Shown in pieces: positions 29,962 to 38,912 of a stretch of DNA of 64,000 bases. The DNA is from Acidimicrobiaceae bacterium. GTDB taxonomy: Bacteria > Actinomycetota > Acidimicrobiia > Acidimicrobiales > Aldehydirespiratoraceae. The position numbers and the translations under genes were made by a program. Within the stretch, counting starts at the first letter, position 1. Each line of letters starts with the position of its first letter. The DNA lies in contig VXTM01000024.1 in NCBI GenBank assembly GCA_009837445.1, positions 10,515-74,514 on the forward strand, in the 5' to 3' direction. The notes under the pieces were generated by a model. That model saw only the letters and a list, made by a program, of their open reading frames with translations, was not told the DNA's origin and did no database searches.

Positions 29962-30870
29962 ATGCCCGCCGTGGGGCTGGACCACTTCCCTGCCGATGTT
30001 GATCCCGTAGAGGTGAGCGAGCACATCCGCAGCTTTGGATATGCCATCGTCGACGATGTCGCCGACCCGGCGCTTCTGGATCGGCTGGAGGCTGAGGCTC
30101 TGCCCTACATCGAGGCATCGGCGGCGGGACGTGACACCTACGACGGTCGCTTCACCCGCCGTACCGGCGCGCTGGTGGCCCGCTGCCCGTCGACTCGCCC
30201 GCTGGTGATGCATGCGTTGGTCGTAGAGACAGTCGGGCACTTCCTCGCGCATGCCAGCGCGGTGCAGCTGCACCTGACCCAGATCATCTCGGTCGAGCCG
30301 GGCGAGACGGCGCAGAAGCTGCACCGCGACGAGATGGCCTTCGACTTCTTCGAGTTCGGTCCCGACTACCACGTCCAGTGCAACACCATGTGGGCGCTGA
30401 CTGATTTCACCGCGGAGAACGGGGCCACCTGGATTCTTCCCGGAACCTCCGGCCTCGACGACGAGGCCGCCGCGAGTGTCGCCGGCGCGCAGGCCGTGAT
30501 GAGCCGGGGCAGCGTCCTGTTCTACGAGGGCAAAGTGCTTCACGGTGCGGGGGCCAACACCTCCGACGATGCGCGAAGGGGCGTGAACATCACCTATGCC
30601 GTCGGGTGGGTCCGCCAGGAGGAGAACCAGTACCTGGCCTGCCCTCCTGAGATCGCCCGCACCCTCGACGACGACCTCCTGCGCATGATGGGCTACACCC
30701 AGGGCGCCTTCGCGCTGGGGTACGTTGGTGACCAGACCGACCCCCTGGCCGCGCTGCGGGGCGGGACGGCCAAGGCCAGGACCATCGGTCAGGTGGCGGA
30801 GCACAACACCGACGCCCGCCGCTTCGTCGCCGACATCGAAGACATCGCCGAGTCGAGGAGACCACGATGA
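29962..30870 (+). CDS. phytanoyl-CoA dioxygenase (PhyH) family protein
   Basis: QKLHRDE (HxD), NGATWILPGTS, VLHGAGAN.S...R. ATG 29962. Confidence 0.8.
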   Translation: MPAVGLDHFPADVDPVEVSEHIRSFGYAIVDDVADPALLDRLEAEALPYIEASAAGRDTYDGRFTRRTGALVARCPSTRPLVMHALVVETVGHFLAHASAVQLHLTQIISVEPGETAQKLHRDEMAFDFFEFGPDYHVQCNTMWALTDFTAENGATWILPGTSGLDDEAAASVAGAQAVMSRGSVLFYEGKVLHGAGANTSDDARRGVNITYAVGWVRQEENQYLACPPEIARTLDDDLLRMMGYTQGAFALGYVGDQTDPLAALRGGTAKARTIGQVAEHNTDARRFVADIEDIAESRRPR

Positions 30871-31151
30871 CAACCGAGTTCCAGGTGCCCGACGACACCC
30901 AGTGGGACGAGACGCCCCGCAGCGGCGTCTCACGGATCTGTCTGTACGCCGGATGGTCGCTGGTCGTCGTCTGGGCCGTCGGGCTGGTTGCCGTACTCAT
31001 CTGGCAGGCCGCCACCGAGGGCGAATCGATCCGGTTCGGCGCTCTGCTCGGCCTGGTCCCGCTCGTGGCCTTCGGCCTGATCATCCTGTCGGCGCTGATA
31101 GACCGGTTGCACACCCGTAAGACCGACCCCTACCGGAAGGTTCAGAAATGA
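30867..31151 (+). CDS. small membrane protein (two predicted TM helices)
   Basis: 94 aa. ICLYAGWSLVVVWAVGLVAVLIW and FGALLGLVPLVAFGLIILSALI are hydrophobic spans. ATGA overlaps at both ends (30867..30870 and 31148..31151). Confidence 0.5.
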   Translation: MTTEFQVPDDTQWDETPRSGVSRICLYAGWSLVVVWAVGLVAVLIWQAATEGESIRFGALLGLVPLVAFGLIILSALIDRLHTRKTDPYRKVQK

Positions 31152-31489
31152 TCGTCTCGACAACCTCCCACATCGCCGGGCATCGCATCACGCAGACGCT
31201 CGGCCTGGTTCGGGGCAACACCATCCGCGCACGCCATCTGGGCAGGGACATAAAGGCCATCGGCCGGCAGATCGTCGGCGGCGAGATCGCGGAGTACACC
31301 AAGTTGCTGGCCGAGGCCCGCGAGCAGGCGCTCGATCGCATGGTCGCCGAGGCCACCGAGCTCGGCGCCAACGCCATCGTCGGAACCCGGTTCGCCACCT
31401 CCATGGTTGTCACCGGTGGGGCCGAACTCCTCGCGTTCGGCACTGCGGTCATCGTCGAACCCGAGGCTGCTGACGACGGAGCTGGGTGA
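31148..31489 (+). CDS. YbjQ/UPF0145 family (heavy-metal-binding-domain) protein
   Basis: MIVSTTSHIAGHRITQTLGLVRGNTIRARHLGRDI...GANAIVGTRF.....AELLAFGTAV is the classic YbjQ sequence. Confidence 0.85.
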   Translation: MIVSTTSHIAGHRITQTLGLVRGNTIRARHLGRDIKAIGRQIVGGEIAEYTKLLAEAREQALDRMVAEATELGANAIVGTRFATSMVVTGGAELLAFGTAVIVEPEAADDGAG

Positions 31490-31565
31490 CGAGCCATGCG
31501 GCGGATGCACATCGGACTGCAGGTGCCCGACCCCGCCTGACACGGCCCTGCAACGGCCGCCCCTG

Positions 31566-33293
31566 CTAGTCGAGGCTGGGGCCGGTGGTGTGGGTGCCGG
31601 AGCGCAGCAGGGTGCCGGGGCGGGCTCCGGTGAACTGGCCGCGGCGCACGATCTCGGCTCCGTTGCAGACCACATTTTCGATGCCGGTGGCCTCGGCGTA
31701 CAGACGGGACGCTCCCGCGGGCAGGTCGGAGCGGAACGTCGTCGGCCCTGAGCCGACGGTCGCCTCATCCAAGACCACGATGTCTGCATAGGCGCCCTCG
31801 GTCAGCACCCCTCTGTCGATCAGGCCGTAGAGGTCGGCCGGCACCTCAGTCAGCAGGTGCACGGCCTCCTCCAAGGGAATCAGCCCCCGCTTGACGACGG
31901 CCTCGTTCAGCATCGTGGTCGCGTAGTTGGCCGACAAGAACAGGTCGAGGTGCGCCCCGGCGTCGGAGGCGCCGACCACCGCCCGCGGGTCGCGCCAGAT
32001 CTCGACCCGGGCCTCCCAGTCGGCGGCGGGCTCGGGCATGGCCGGATTCCCGAACGAGGTCTCCAGGTCGTCGGCCAGGGCCATGTCGCACAGCGTGTCC
32101 CAGGGGTCCTGGCCCCGCTCCTCGGCGATCTCGCCGACCGTGCGGCCCGCGCAGCCCTCGTTCTCCGGCGCCGGGGAGTGGAACACGACTTTGCGCTCCC
32201 AATGCGCCAGCCGGCGCAGAGGGTGGTCCCCCTGGGCCAGTTCGTCGAGACGGCGTCGCTCGGCCGGGTCGGCCAGGACGCGGAGCTTCTCCTCCTTTCC
32301 GAGGAGCATCACCTCCTCCCAGCCGGGCAGGGCGTCGAGCACGAAGCCGCTGTTGAAGTTCAGGTGCAGTGAGAGCGTGAGAGGCACGGTCAGGGCCACG
32401 ATCTTGCCGCCCCGGGCCGCAGCCTGGTCTCCGGCGGCCAGCTCGGCCCGGTTCGTGTCCAGCGAGCGGGCGTTGACCATCAACACGTTCCAGTTGAGCG
32501 GCCGGCCGGCTGCGGCCGACATGTCGGCCATGAGCTCGTAGGCCCAGGGCTCGAACGGCCTCAGCGCGGGGTTGAACTCGACCGAGGTGCCGTCGTAGCC
32601 GGCCAGCACCGAGCACAGATCCACCAGCTCCTCACGCTCTGCGTACCGGCTGGGAACCATGTTCCCCATCGGGTCGTTGTGGGTGCGCGACCACGAGGAC
32701 GAGAAGCCCAGCGCCCCGGCCTCCAGGCCGTCGCGCAGCAGCGCCTTCATCTCTCCGAGTTCCTCGCCGGTGCAGGCCCGGCGGACGCTGTCGTCGCCCA
32801 TCACCACCCGGCGCAGGGCCGAGTGGCCCACTTTGAAGCCCGCGTTGACGGCCACGTTGCCGTCGATGGCGTCGAAGTATTCGGCCGTGGTCTGCCAACT
32901 CCACGGCACGCCCTGCTGCAACGCCTCCAGCGGGATGCCCTCCACCCGGGCCAGCATCCGCATCAGGTAGTCGCCGTGGGCCGGGTCGTCGCCCAACGGT
33001 GCGATGGTGAAGCCGCAGTTGCCGCCGATGATGGTGGTCACGCCGTGCAGCGGCGACGGCGACAGGTCCGGATCCCAGAACACCTGAGCGTCGAAATGGG
33101 TGTGGACGTCGATGAACCCCGGGGTCACGGCCAGGCCGGTGGCGTCGATGGTTGCCGCGGCCTGCGCTCCCCCGCCGTTGACGAGGTTGCCGATGGCCGA
33201 GATCCGGTCTCCAGTGATGCCGACGTCGGCCCGCTGACGGGGTCCGCCCCGGCCGTCGATCACGTCGCCGCCGCTGATGAGCAAGTCGAACAT
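31566..33293 (-). CDS. N-acyl-D-amino-acid deacylase (D-aminoacylase) family amidohydrolase
   Basis: MFDLLISGGDVIDGRGGPRQRADVGITGDRI, TPGFIDVHTHFD, GVTTIIGGNCG. ATG 33293. Confidence 0.85.
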   Translation of the reverse strand: MFDLLISGGDVIDGRGGPRQRADVGITGDRISAIGNLVNGGGAQAAATIDATGLAVTPGFIDVHTHFDAQVFWDPDLSPSPLHGVTTIIGGNCGFTIAPLGDDPAHGDYLMRMLARVEGIPLEALQQGVPWSWQTTAEYFDAIDGNVAVNAGFKVGHSALRRVVMGDDSVRRACTGEELGEMKALLRDGLEAGALGFSSSWSRTHNDPMGNMVPSRYAEREELVDLCSVLAGYDGTSVEFNPALRPFEPWAYELMADMSAAAGRPLNWNVLMVNARSLDTNRAELAAGDQAAARGGKIVALTVPLTLSLHLNFNSGFVLDALPGWEEVMLLGKEEKLRVLADPAERRRLDELAQGDHPLRRLAHWERKVVFHSPAPENEGCAGRTVGEIAEERGQDPWDTLCDMALADDLETSFGNPAMPEPAADWEARVEIWRDPRAVVGASDAGAHLDLFLSANYATTMLNEAVVKRGLIPLEEAVHLLTEVPADLYGLIDRGVLTEGAYADIVVLDEATVGSGPTTFRSDLPAGASRLYAEATGIENVVCNGAEIVRRGQFTGARPGTLLRSGTHTTGPSLD

Positions 33294-33342
33294 GATGGCG
33301 ACGCTAGCCGCGGCAGGGCTGGGGCTGTTGCGGTGGACCTTG

Positions 33343-33861
33343 TCAGGCGGTCGGAGGCTCCACTTCGTGGAGCCTGCCGTCGGCGACGTCGTACACGAAG
33401 CCGGCGATGTGATCCTTGTGGGGCAGGAACGGGCTGGCTCGCAGCCGCCGCATCGACTCGACGACATCGTCACGGGGATCGGCGAAGGCCTCCAGTGGCC
33501 ACGGGGGCCTGACGCCCGTCTCGGCTTCGAGCCGGGCCATGAAACGGTCTTCGTCGAGCTGCTGGAGCCCGCAGCCGGTGTGGTGAACCAGTACCACCTC
33601 CCGCGTGCCCAGCAGCCGCTGCGACAGGCACAGCGATCGGATCACGTCGTCGGTGATGACTCCCCCGGCGTTGCGGATGACATGGGCCTCGCCGGCTGCC
33701 AGGCCGAGGATTCCCAGCACCTCGAGCCGGGCGTCCATGCAGGCGACCACGGCCAGCCGCCGTGCCGGGGCAGCTTGCAGCCCGCCGCCGTCGAAGTCCC
33801 GGACGAAGGCGGCATTGCTGGCGACTAGTTCTTTGGCGTTGGGACAGAAGTCGGTGGTCAC
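33343..33861 (-). CDS. beta-class carbonic anhydrase
   Basis: LAVVACMDARL and VLVHHTGCGL (Cys-Asp-Arg / His-x-x-Cys zinc site). GTG 33861, 7 nt after the lipoprotein gene stop. Confidence 0.85.
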   Translation of the reverse strand: MTTDFCPNAKELVASNAAFVRDFDGGGLQAAPARRLAVVACMDARLEVLGILGLAAGEAHVIRNAGGVITDDVIRSLCLSQRLLGTREVVLVHHTGCGLQQLDEDRFMARLEAETGVRPPWPLEAFADPRDDVVESMRRLRASPFLPHKDHIAGFVYDVADGRLHEVEPPTA

Positions 33862-33868
33862 GCCAGGG

Positions 33869-35116
33869 CTACGAGACTTGGAGCTGCAGCAGCAAGCGAC
33901 CGGAGCCCTCGAACTCAACCTCGAACACGCCTGGGATCTCGGCGTTGAACGCGAAGTGGGCCGGGTGCCCGTCCGACACGGCCCGCAGGATGTCGTAGCC
34001 GTGGACGTGGACCTCCTCCGCCACGTCGGACGTGACCATCAGGGCCACCACCGAGCCGATGTCGACCTGTACCCGCTGCACACCGCCCTCCGGTGCCCCG
34101 CCGACCGCACTCACCATGATCGTCTGAGTCGCATCAGCCACGTCGGCGTCATACCGGGTCGGCGCGCCCGCCGACCCGTGATCGTGATCGTGGTCGTGGT
34201 CGTGCCCGTCGTCGCTGGTGTGCTCGTGGCCGGCCTGCATCGTGGCCTCGGCCTCGGACACCTCCAGCCTGACCGCTGTCTCGACGGGGAGCCCGTTCAC
34301 CGTCAGCGGGGCATGGTCGTTGGTGCGCAGATCCACCTTGATCTCGTGGGTACCGGCCTGCAACGGCGGCATCTGGAACCAGGTCTCGTAGAGGCGTGCC
34401 ACTTGCTCGCCGTCGACATAGAGGCGCATGTGGCCCTCGCCGTCAATGTGGCCGGTCGAGGCGTTCTCGGGGGCTAGGCGAAAGTTGGAGGGCACGGCGT
34501 GCAGGCTCCAGCCGCCTGCGGGGTCCTTTACCAGTCGGACGCTGACCGATGGGTGGGGTTCAATGGCCTCGGCCGGGTCGTCACGTACGAGACTGAGATT
34601 GGTTCGCCGGTCCTGGAAGATCTTGGCAGTCGCGTCGATGATCTCGCCGTCGATGCTCAACGCTGAGTGGTTGTTGGATGAGAGTTCGACCCGCACATCA
34701 TGGCTGCCGGGCTGCAGGCCGGTGATGTGGTGCCACTCGCCGTATATCCGGGACAACTTCTCCCCGTCGACGTAGAGATGCATGTGGCCTTCGCCGTCGA
34801 CGTGGGTGGTGGAGGCGTTCTCGGGCACGATCAGGAAGTCGGTGGTGTGGATCCGGAGGTTCCATCCCTCGACCGGGTCCGCAGCGATCTCGATGGCGAT
34901 GCTCGGTACGGGCACGCCCGCGGCCAGTTCGTGGGCGGTGCCGTGGTCGTGACCTCGGTGGCTGCCGTCGCCGGCCATCTCGGCCATGTCGGCCATCTCG
35001 CTCACCGCGGCACTGTCCTGGGTTGCCGGCACCGGCTCGTCGCCACCGCAGGCGGCGGCCGCCAGCACGATCACCGCAAGCACTGCGATCCAGGAACATC
35101 GGGGGAAGGACTTCAC
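33869..35116 (-). CDS. putative metal-binding lipoprotein with two internal repeats and His/Met-rich segments
   Basis: MKSFPRCSWIAVLAVIVLAAAAC (lipobox). SEMADMAEMAGDGSHRGHDHGTAHE. Repeats ...PENASTTHVDGEGHMHLYVDGEKLSRIY... and ...PENASTGHIDGEGHMRLYVDGEQVARLY... Then HEHTSDDGHDHDHDHDHGS and a C-terminal beta-rich domain with VHVHGYD. Confidence 0.75.
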   Translation of the reverse strand: MKSFPRCSWIAVLAVIVLAAAACGGDEPVPATQDSAAVSEMADMAEMAGDGSHRGHDHGTAHELAAGVPVPSIAIEIAADPVEGWNLRIHTTDFLIVPENASTTHVDGEGHMHLYVDGEKLSRIYGEWHHITGLQPGSHDVRVELSSNNHSALSIDGEIIDATAKIFQDRRTNLSLVRDDPAEAIEPHPSVSVRLVKDPAGGWSLHAVPSNFRLAPENASTGHIDGEGHMRLYVDGEQVARLYETWFQMPPLQAGTHEIKVDLRTNDHAPLTVNGLPVETAVRLEVSEAEATMQAGHEHTSDDGHDHDHDHDHGSAGAPTRYDADVADATQTIMVSAVGGAPEGGVQRVQVDIGSVVALMVTSDVAEEVHVHGYDILRAVSDGHPAHFAFNAEIPGVFEVEFEGSGRLLLQLQVS

Positions 35117-35182
35117 GGGGTCGTAGTCGGGGTCGAGGGATATCGGGCACTCACGTTAACGGTCCCGGTCTAGATTGGGTTC

Positions 35183-36361
35183 GTGACGAACGCGGAGACT
35201 CGAGTCCCCACAGCCGGAGCCGCGTCCAACGGGGGCGACGGTCATGCCGACGGCATCGCCGTGGGATTCGACCCGGACCCGACCCGGTCGATGTCGTTGC
35301 ATGCCGACGCCTATGTCGAGCCCCGCTGGCACGAGATCGAGCAGAGCGAGGTCTTCGCCCGCAGCTGGCAGTGGGTGGGTCACGTCGAGTCGCTGCGCGA
35401 CCCCGGCTCCTACGTGACCATGGACATCGCAGGCATGCCGGTTGCCCTGGTGCGGGGCCAAGACGGTGAGCTGCGGGCCTTCTACAACGTCTGCCAGCAC
35501 CGAGCCCACGAGCTGCTGTCCGGATTGGGCCGCACCGACAGCATCGTGTGCGGCTACCACGGCTGGACCTACGAGCTGACCGGCCGCCTGGCCCGGGCCC
35601 GCCGCACCGCTGACGTGGCCGGCTTCGACCCGTCGAGCATCTGCCTCAGCGAGGTGCAGGCAGAGGAGTTCGGCGGCTTCGTGTACGTCAACCTCGACCC
35701 GGCGGCGGCTCCCCTCGCCGAGCAGTCCGAGGGCCTGGGCGCCGAGATCGCCCGCTGGGCGCCCGACGTCGCGGACCTCACCCATGTCCGGCGCTTCCAC
35801 TACGACATCGCCTCCAACTGGAAGAACGTGATCGACAACTTCCTGGAGTGCTACCACTGCCACGTCGCCCATCCCGACTTCGTGACGCTGGTGGAGATGG
35901 ACACCTACCGGGTGACCACCCACGGCATCTACTCCAGCCACATGGCCAGGGCCGGATACTCGGCCAACTCGGCCTATGACACCTCGGAATCCGCCGTGAA
36001 GGATCTGGCGGTCTGGTGGCTGTGGCCCAACACCTGCCTGATGCGCTATCCGGGGCGGGGCAACTTCAGCGTGATGCAGATCGTGCCGGCCGGACCGGAG
36101 AGGACTCTGGAGACCATCGACTTCTACCTGGAGACGGACGAGCTCACCGAGACCGACGAGGAGTCGATCCGCTATATCGACGAGGTGCTGCAGCCCGAGG
36201 ACATCGGGATCGTTGAGAGTGTGCAGCGAGGCATGCGCACCCCGGCATTCACCCAGGGCCGCATCGTTTGCGATCCGGGCGGCTCGGGCCTCTCCGAGCA
36301 CGGCGTGCACCACTTCCACGGTTTGATGCTCGACGCCTACCGCCGCGCCGGCGCGGCCTAG
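35183..36361 (+). CDS. Rieske [2Fe-2S] aromatic-ring-hydroxylating oxygenase alpha subunit (GbcA/choline-monooxygenase-like)
   Basis: CQHRAHEL...CGYHGWTY (Rieske CxH..CxxH), ECYHCHVAHPDF (mononuclear-iron region). GTG 35183. Confidence 0.85.
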   Translation: MTNAETRVPTAGAASNGGDGHADGIAVGFDPDPTRSMSLHADAYVEPRWHEIEQSEVFARSWQWVGHVESLRDPGSYVTMDIAGMPVALVRGQDGELRAFYNVCQHRAHELLSGLGRTDSIVCGYHGWTYELTGRLARARRTADVAGFDPSSICLSEVQAEEFGGFVYVNLDPAAAPLAEQSEGLGAEIARWAPDVADLTHVRRFHYDIASNWKNVIDNFLECYHCHVAHPDFVTLVEMDTYRVTTHGIYSSHMARAGYSANSAYDTSESAVKDLAVWWLWPNTCLMRYPGRGNFSVMQIVPAGPERTLETIDFYLETDELTETDEESIRYIDEVLQPEDIGIVESVQRGMRTPAFTQGRIVCDPGGSGLSEHGVHHFHGLMLDAYRRAGAA

Positions 36362-36378
36362 CTCGGTCCCGGCCCGAA

Positions 36379-36421
36379 ATTGATGCACTAGCCGCCCCCT
36401 GAGGGCACGAACTACATCAAT
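36379..36421. terminator. imperfect inverted repeat between convergent genes (candidate bidirectional terminator)
   Basis: ATTGATG (36379..36385) pairs with CATCAAT (36415..36421), with inner TAG/CTA and CCC/GGG pairs. No clear U-tract. Confidence 0.3.
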
Positions 36422-36425
36422 ATCG

Positions 36426-37214
36426 CTAGCGGGCGGTCCAGCCGCCGTCGATGACGATGGTCTGGCCTGTGATGTAGCTGCCCGCGTCGGAGGCCAGCAG
36501 CAGCAGGGCCCCGTCGAACTCGTCGATCTCGCCGGCCCGCCTCATGAGGGTGTTGCGCTGGATGTGGCGCAGGCCGGGGGCGTCGGCGGCAGCGAACATC
36601 TCCTCGGTCAGCTCGCTGCGGAAGTAGCCAGGGGCGATGGCGTTCACCCGTATCCGGTCGGAGGCCCACTGCTTGGCCAGCTCGCGTGTGAGCCCGATCA
36701 TGCCGGTCTTGGAGGCCACGTAGCCGGCCTGGTGGTTGCCGCCGGAGGCGACGATCCCCAGCATCGAGGCCACGTTGACGATGCTGCCGCCCCGGCCGTG
36801 CCCGATCATCTCGCGGGCCGCGGCCGACGACAGCACGAACGCTGAGGTGAGGTTGATCTCCAGCACTCGCCGGAACTGGGCCGGGTCCTGCTCGTGGGCC
36901 CGGACCACCGCATCGGTAGTGCCCGCGTTGTTGACCACGATGTCGGGACCGCCGTGCTCGGCGGCCACCTCCACCAACCGCAGGAGCTGCGTGTCGTCGG
37001 TGACGTCGCAGCCCACCGGCACGACCCCGGTCACCTCCCCGGCCATGGCCTCCAGGCGGTCCAGCCTGCGGGCCGCAGCCACCACGGTGGCTCCCCGCGA
37101 TGCCAGCAGCTGGCAGTAGCGCTGGCCCAGGGTGCCGCTGGCGCCGGTGACGATGGCGATCCTGCCCTGCACCGAGAAGAGATCGTCGCCAGAATGCGCG
37201 CCGGCTGCCGCCAT
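36426..37214 (-). CDS. SDR-family oxidoreductase (FabG-like)
   Basis: IAIVTGASGTLG, NNAG, catalytic YVASK, IRVNAIAPG. Confidence 0.9.
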   Translation of the reverse strand: MAAAGAHSGDDLFSVQGRIAIVTGASGTLGQRYCQLLASRGATVVAAARRLDRLEAMAGEVTGVVPVGCDVTDDTQLLRLVEVAAEHGGPDIVVNNAGTTDAVVRAHEQDPAQFRRVLEINLTSAFVLSSAAAREMIGHGRGGSIVNVASMLGIVASGGNHQAGYVASKTGMIGLTRELAKQWASDRIRVNAIAPGYFRSELTEEMFAAADAPGLRHIQRNTLMRRAGEIDEFDGALLLLASDAGSYITGQTIVIDGGWTAR

Positions 37215-37221
37215 GGGTTGA

Positions 37222-37644
37222 TCAGCCGCGGATGTGGCCGGCAGCGCCGGTCGGGGTGAAGCGGGCGATCAGGCGGCGCTCGTCGATCATGGCCCGGCGG
37301 TACTTGTCCCAGTCGGGGTGCGGGCCTCCGGCGACCCGCTCGTAGTAGTCGACCAGTGCGTCGCTGGTGGCGTCGCCGGGACTGGTCGTGGGCGGCGAGA
37401 GTTCGACGGTGCCGTCGAGCGACACGTACGACCACGCCTTCTCATCTGAGATGTGCAGCACCGCCCTCGGGTCGCGCCGCAGGTTGGCGGTCTTGGCCCG
37501 GCCTGCAGTGACCGAGATGACGAAGGCGCCGTCGCTGACCGTGTAGACGATGTCGGAGGATTGGGGCCGGCCGTCGGAGCGGATGGTTATCAGCACCCCT
37601 AGCCGGTGCTCGGCCGCCCAGGCGATTGCTGGTGACAGTTCCAT
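37222..37644 (-). CDS. PPOX-class (pyridoxamine 5'-phosphate oxidase-like) probable F420-dependent enzyme
   Basis: MELSPAIAWAAEHRLGVLITIRSDGRPQSSDIVY...KTANLRRDPRAVLHI. ATG 37644 read from the sequence. Confidence 0.75.
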   Translation of the reverse strand: MELSPAIAWAAEHRLGVLITIRSDGRPQSSDIVYTVSDGAFVISVTAGRAKTANLRRDPRAVLHISDEKAWSYVSLDGTVELSPPTTSPGDATSDALVDYYERVAGGPHPDWDKYRRAMIDERRLIARFTPTGAAGHIRG

Positions 37645-37678
37645 GCCTGTCTTCCTAGCGGTCCGACCGGCCCAGCGC

Positions 37679-38203
37679 TCAGCCGGGTCCCGGCAGGCCG
37701 GGGCCGTCGATGTGGGGGCCGGTCGTGCCGCCGAGCTCGGTCGGCCCCATGCCCAGCTTGCGGTGGTCCCACGTGCGGGTCCGTTCCACATCGAGGCGCA
37801 CCGCCACTCGCTTGCGCAGCATGGCCTCCACGAAGGTCCGGTACTCCTCGGAGTAGGGGCCGGTGTAGCGCTCCCACACGTTGACCCCGACCCGCCAGAT
37901 CATGTCGAGATCCTCCACGATGACGCCGCGGCCCTCCAGAGACACGCCCCGCAGCGTCTCGTAGGTGTTGCCCGCCTCGACCATCACCGCCAGGCGGTCG
38001 TCACGACGCAGGTTGACGATCTTCTGAGCCTTGGCCTTCGACTCCAGCCAGACGTGCCCGTCGAGCCAGGCGTACCACATGGCAACCAGATGGGGCATCC
38101 CGCCGGGACCGACGGTCGCCATCGTGCAGGTGCGCGACTGGTCGAGGAACAGGGCGACCTCGTCGCCGGTCATCTCGATCCGTGAGCGCAGGTTCTCCCC
38201 CAC
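37679..38203 (-). CDS. PPOX-class (pyridoxamine 5'-phosphate oxidase-like) family protein
   Basis: MTGDEVALFLDQSRTCTMATVGPGGMPHLVAMWY....KAQKIVNLRRDDRLAVMVE is the split-barrel family look. Confidence 0.75.
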   Translation of the reverse strand: MGENLRSRIEMTGDEVALFLDQSRTCTMATVGPGGMPHLVAMWYAWLDGHVWLESKAKAQKIVNLRRDDRLAVMVEAGNTYETLRGVSLEGRGVIVEDLDMIWRVGVNVWERYTGPYSEEYRTFVEAMLRKRVAVRLDVERTRTWDHRKLGMGPTELGGTTGPHIDGPGLPGPG

Positions 38204-38300
38204 GATGCTCCCTTCCGTTCGGGCCGACGACTCTAGCCACGGGGCGATAGCTTCTCGGCGCGGGGCCGGCTCGGCCCTTCGTCATCGGAAGGGCGAGGAA

Positions 38301-38606
38301 ATGTCGAAGGTTTCTGTGTTCGCGAAGTTCTCCTGCCTCCAGGGCAAGGGCGAGGAGATGGATGAGGCGCTGCGGGCCGTTGTCGCTGCCAGCGAGTCAG
38401 TGGACGGGGTGGAGTCGTACTCCTACCACCGGGGCGAGGACGGCACCTACTGGTTCTTCGCCCTGATGTCGAGCATGGAGGCGGCCCAGCAGCACGCCAA
38501 CAACGAGGCCATGCAAGCGGCCATGCCCGCGCTGATGTCCCTGCTCGCCGGTCCGCCTGACATGGCCATGACGACTCCTGTCGCGGCCAACGGCTTCGAC
38601 ATCTGA
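38301..38606 (+). CDS. antibiotic-biosynthesis-monooxygenase (ABM)-like small protein
   Basis: MSKVSVFAKFSCLQGKGEEMDEALRAVVAASESVDGVESYSYHRGEDGTYWFFALMSS has the ferredoxin-like ABM pattern. SD GGAAGGGCGAGGAA lies directly upstream of ATG 38301. Confidence 0.65.
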   Translation: MSKVSVFAKFSCLQGKGEEMDEALRAVVAASESVDGVESYSYHRGEDGTYWFFALMSSMEAAQQHANNEAMQAAMPALMSLLAGPPDMAMTTPVAANGFDI

Positions 38607-38668
38607 ATCGGCTTCTGAGCGCTGGCGGCGCTGTCAGACCGCGAGCACATCGGCTGCGACTGCGGGCG

Positions 38669-38905
38669 CTACGTGGTCCGGGTTCTGCCCGACGGGGGTG
38701 CCCCGTCGATCGACTCGAGCATCTCCTCCAGTCGCGCCACGGGTTCTGGGCTACGCGAGGACGGCAGCGCGTCGGCGTCCACAGGGTTGGCCTGACGCAG
38801 CTCGTCGAGCACTTCCTCGCCCAGCTTTGGTGTTTCGCAGATCATGTTGCCCCCTTTGGTTTGGAAGACTGACAGTTCAAGTTGGGGTGTCAACTCCTGT
38901 GTCAT
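38669..38905 (-). CDS. small hypothetical protein downstream of the ECF sigma factor gene
   Basis: 78-aa ORF, or 58 aa from the internal MICETPKLGEEVLDELRQANPVDADALP. It resembles the N-terminal segment of proteins often encoded after actinobacterial ECF sigma genes. No TM segment. Confidence 0.35.
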   Translation of the reverse strand: MTQELTPQLELSVFQTKGGNMICETPKLGEEVLDELRQANPVDADALPSSRSPEPVARLEEMLESIDGAPPSGRTRTT

Positions 38906-38912
38906 TCATCGG

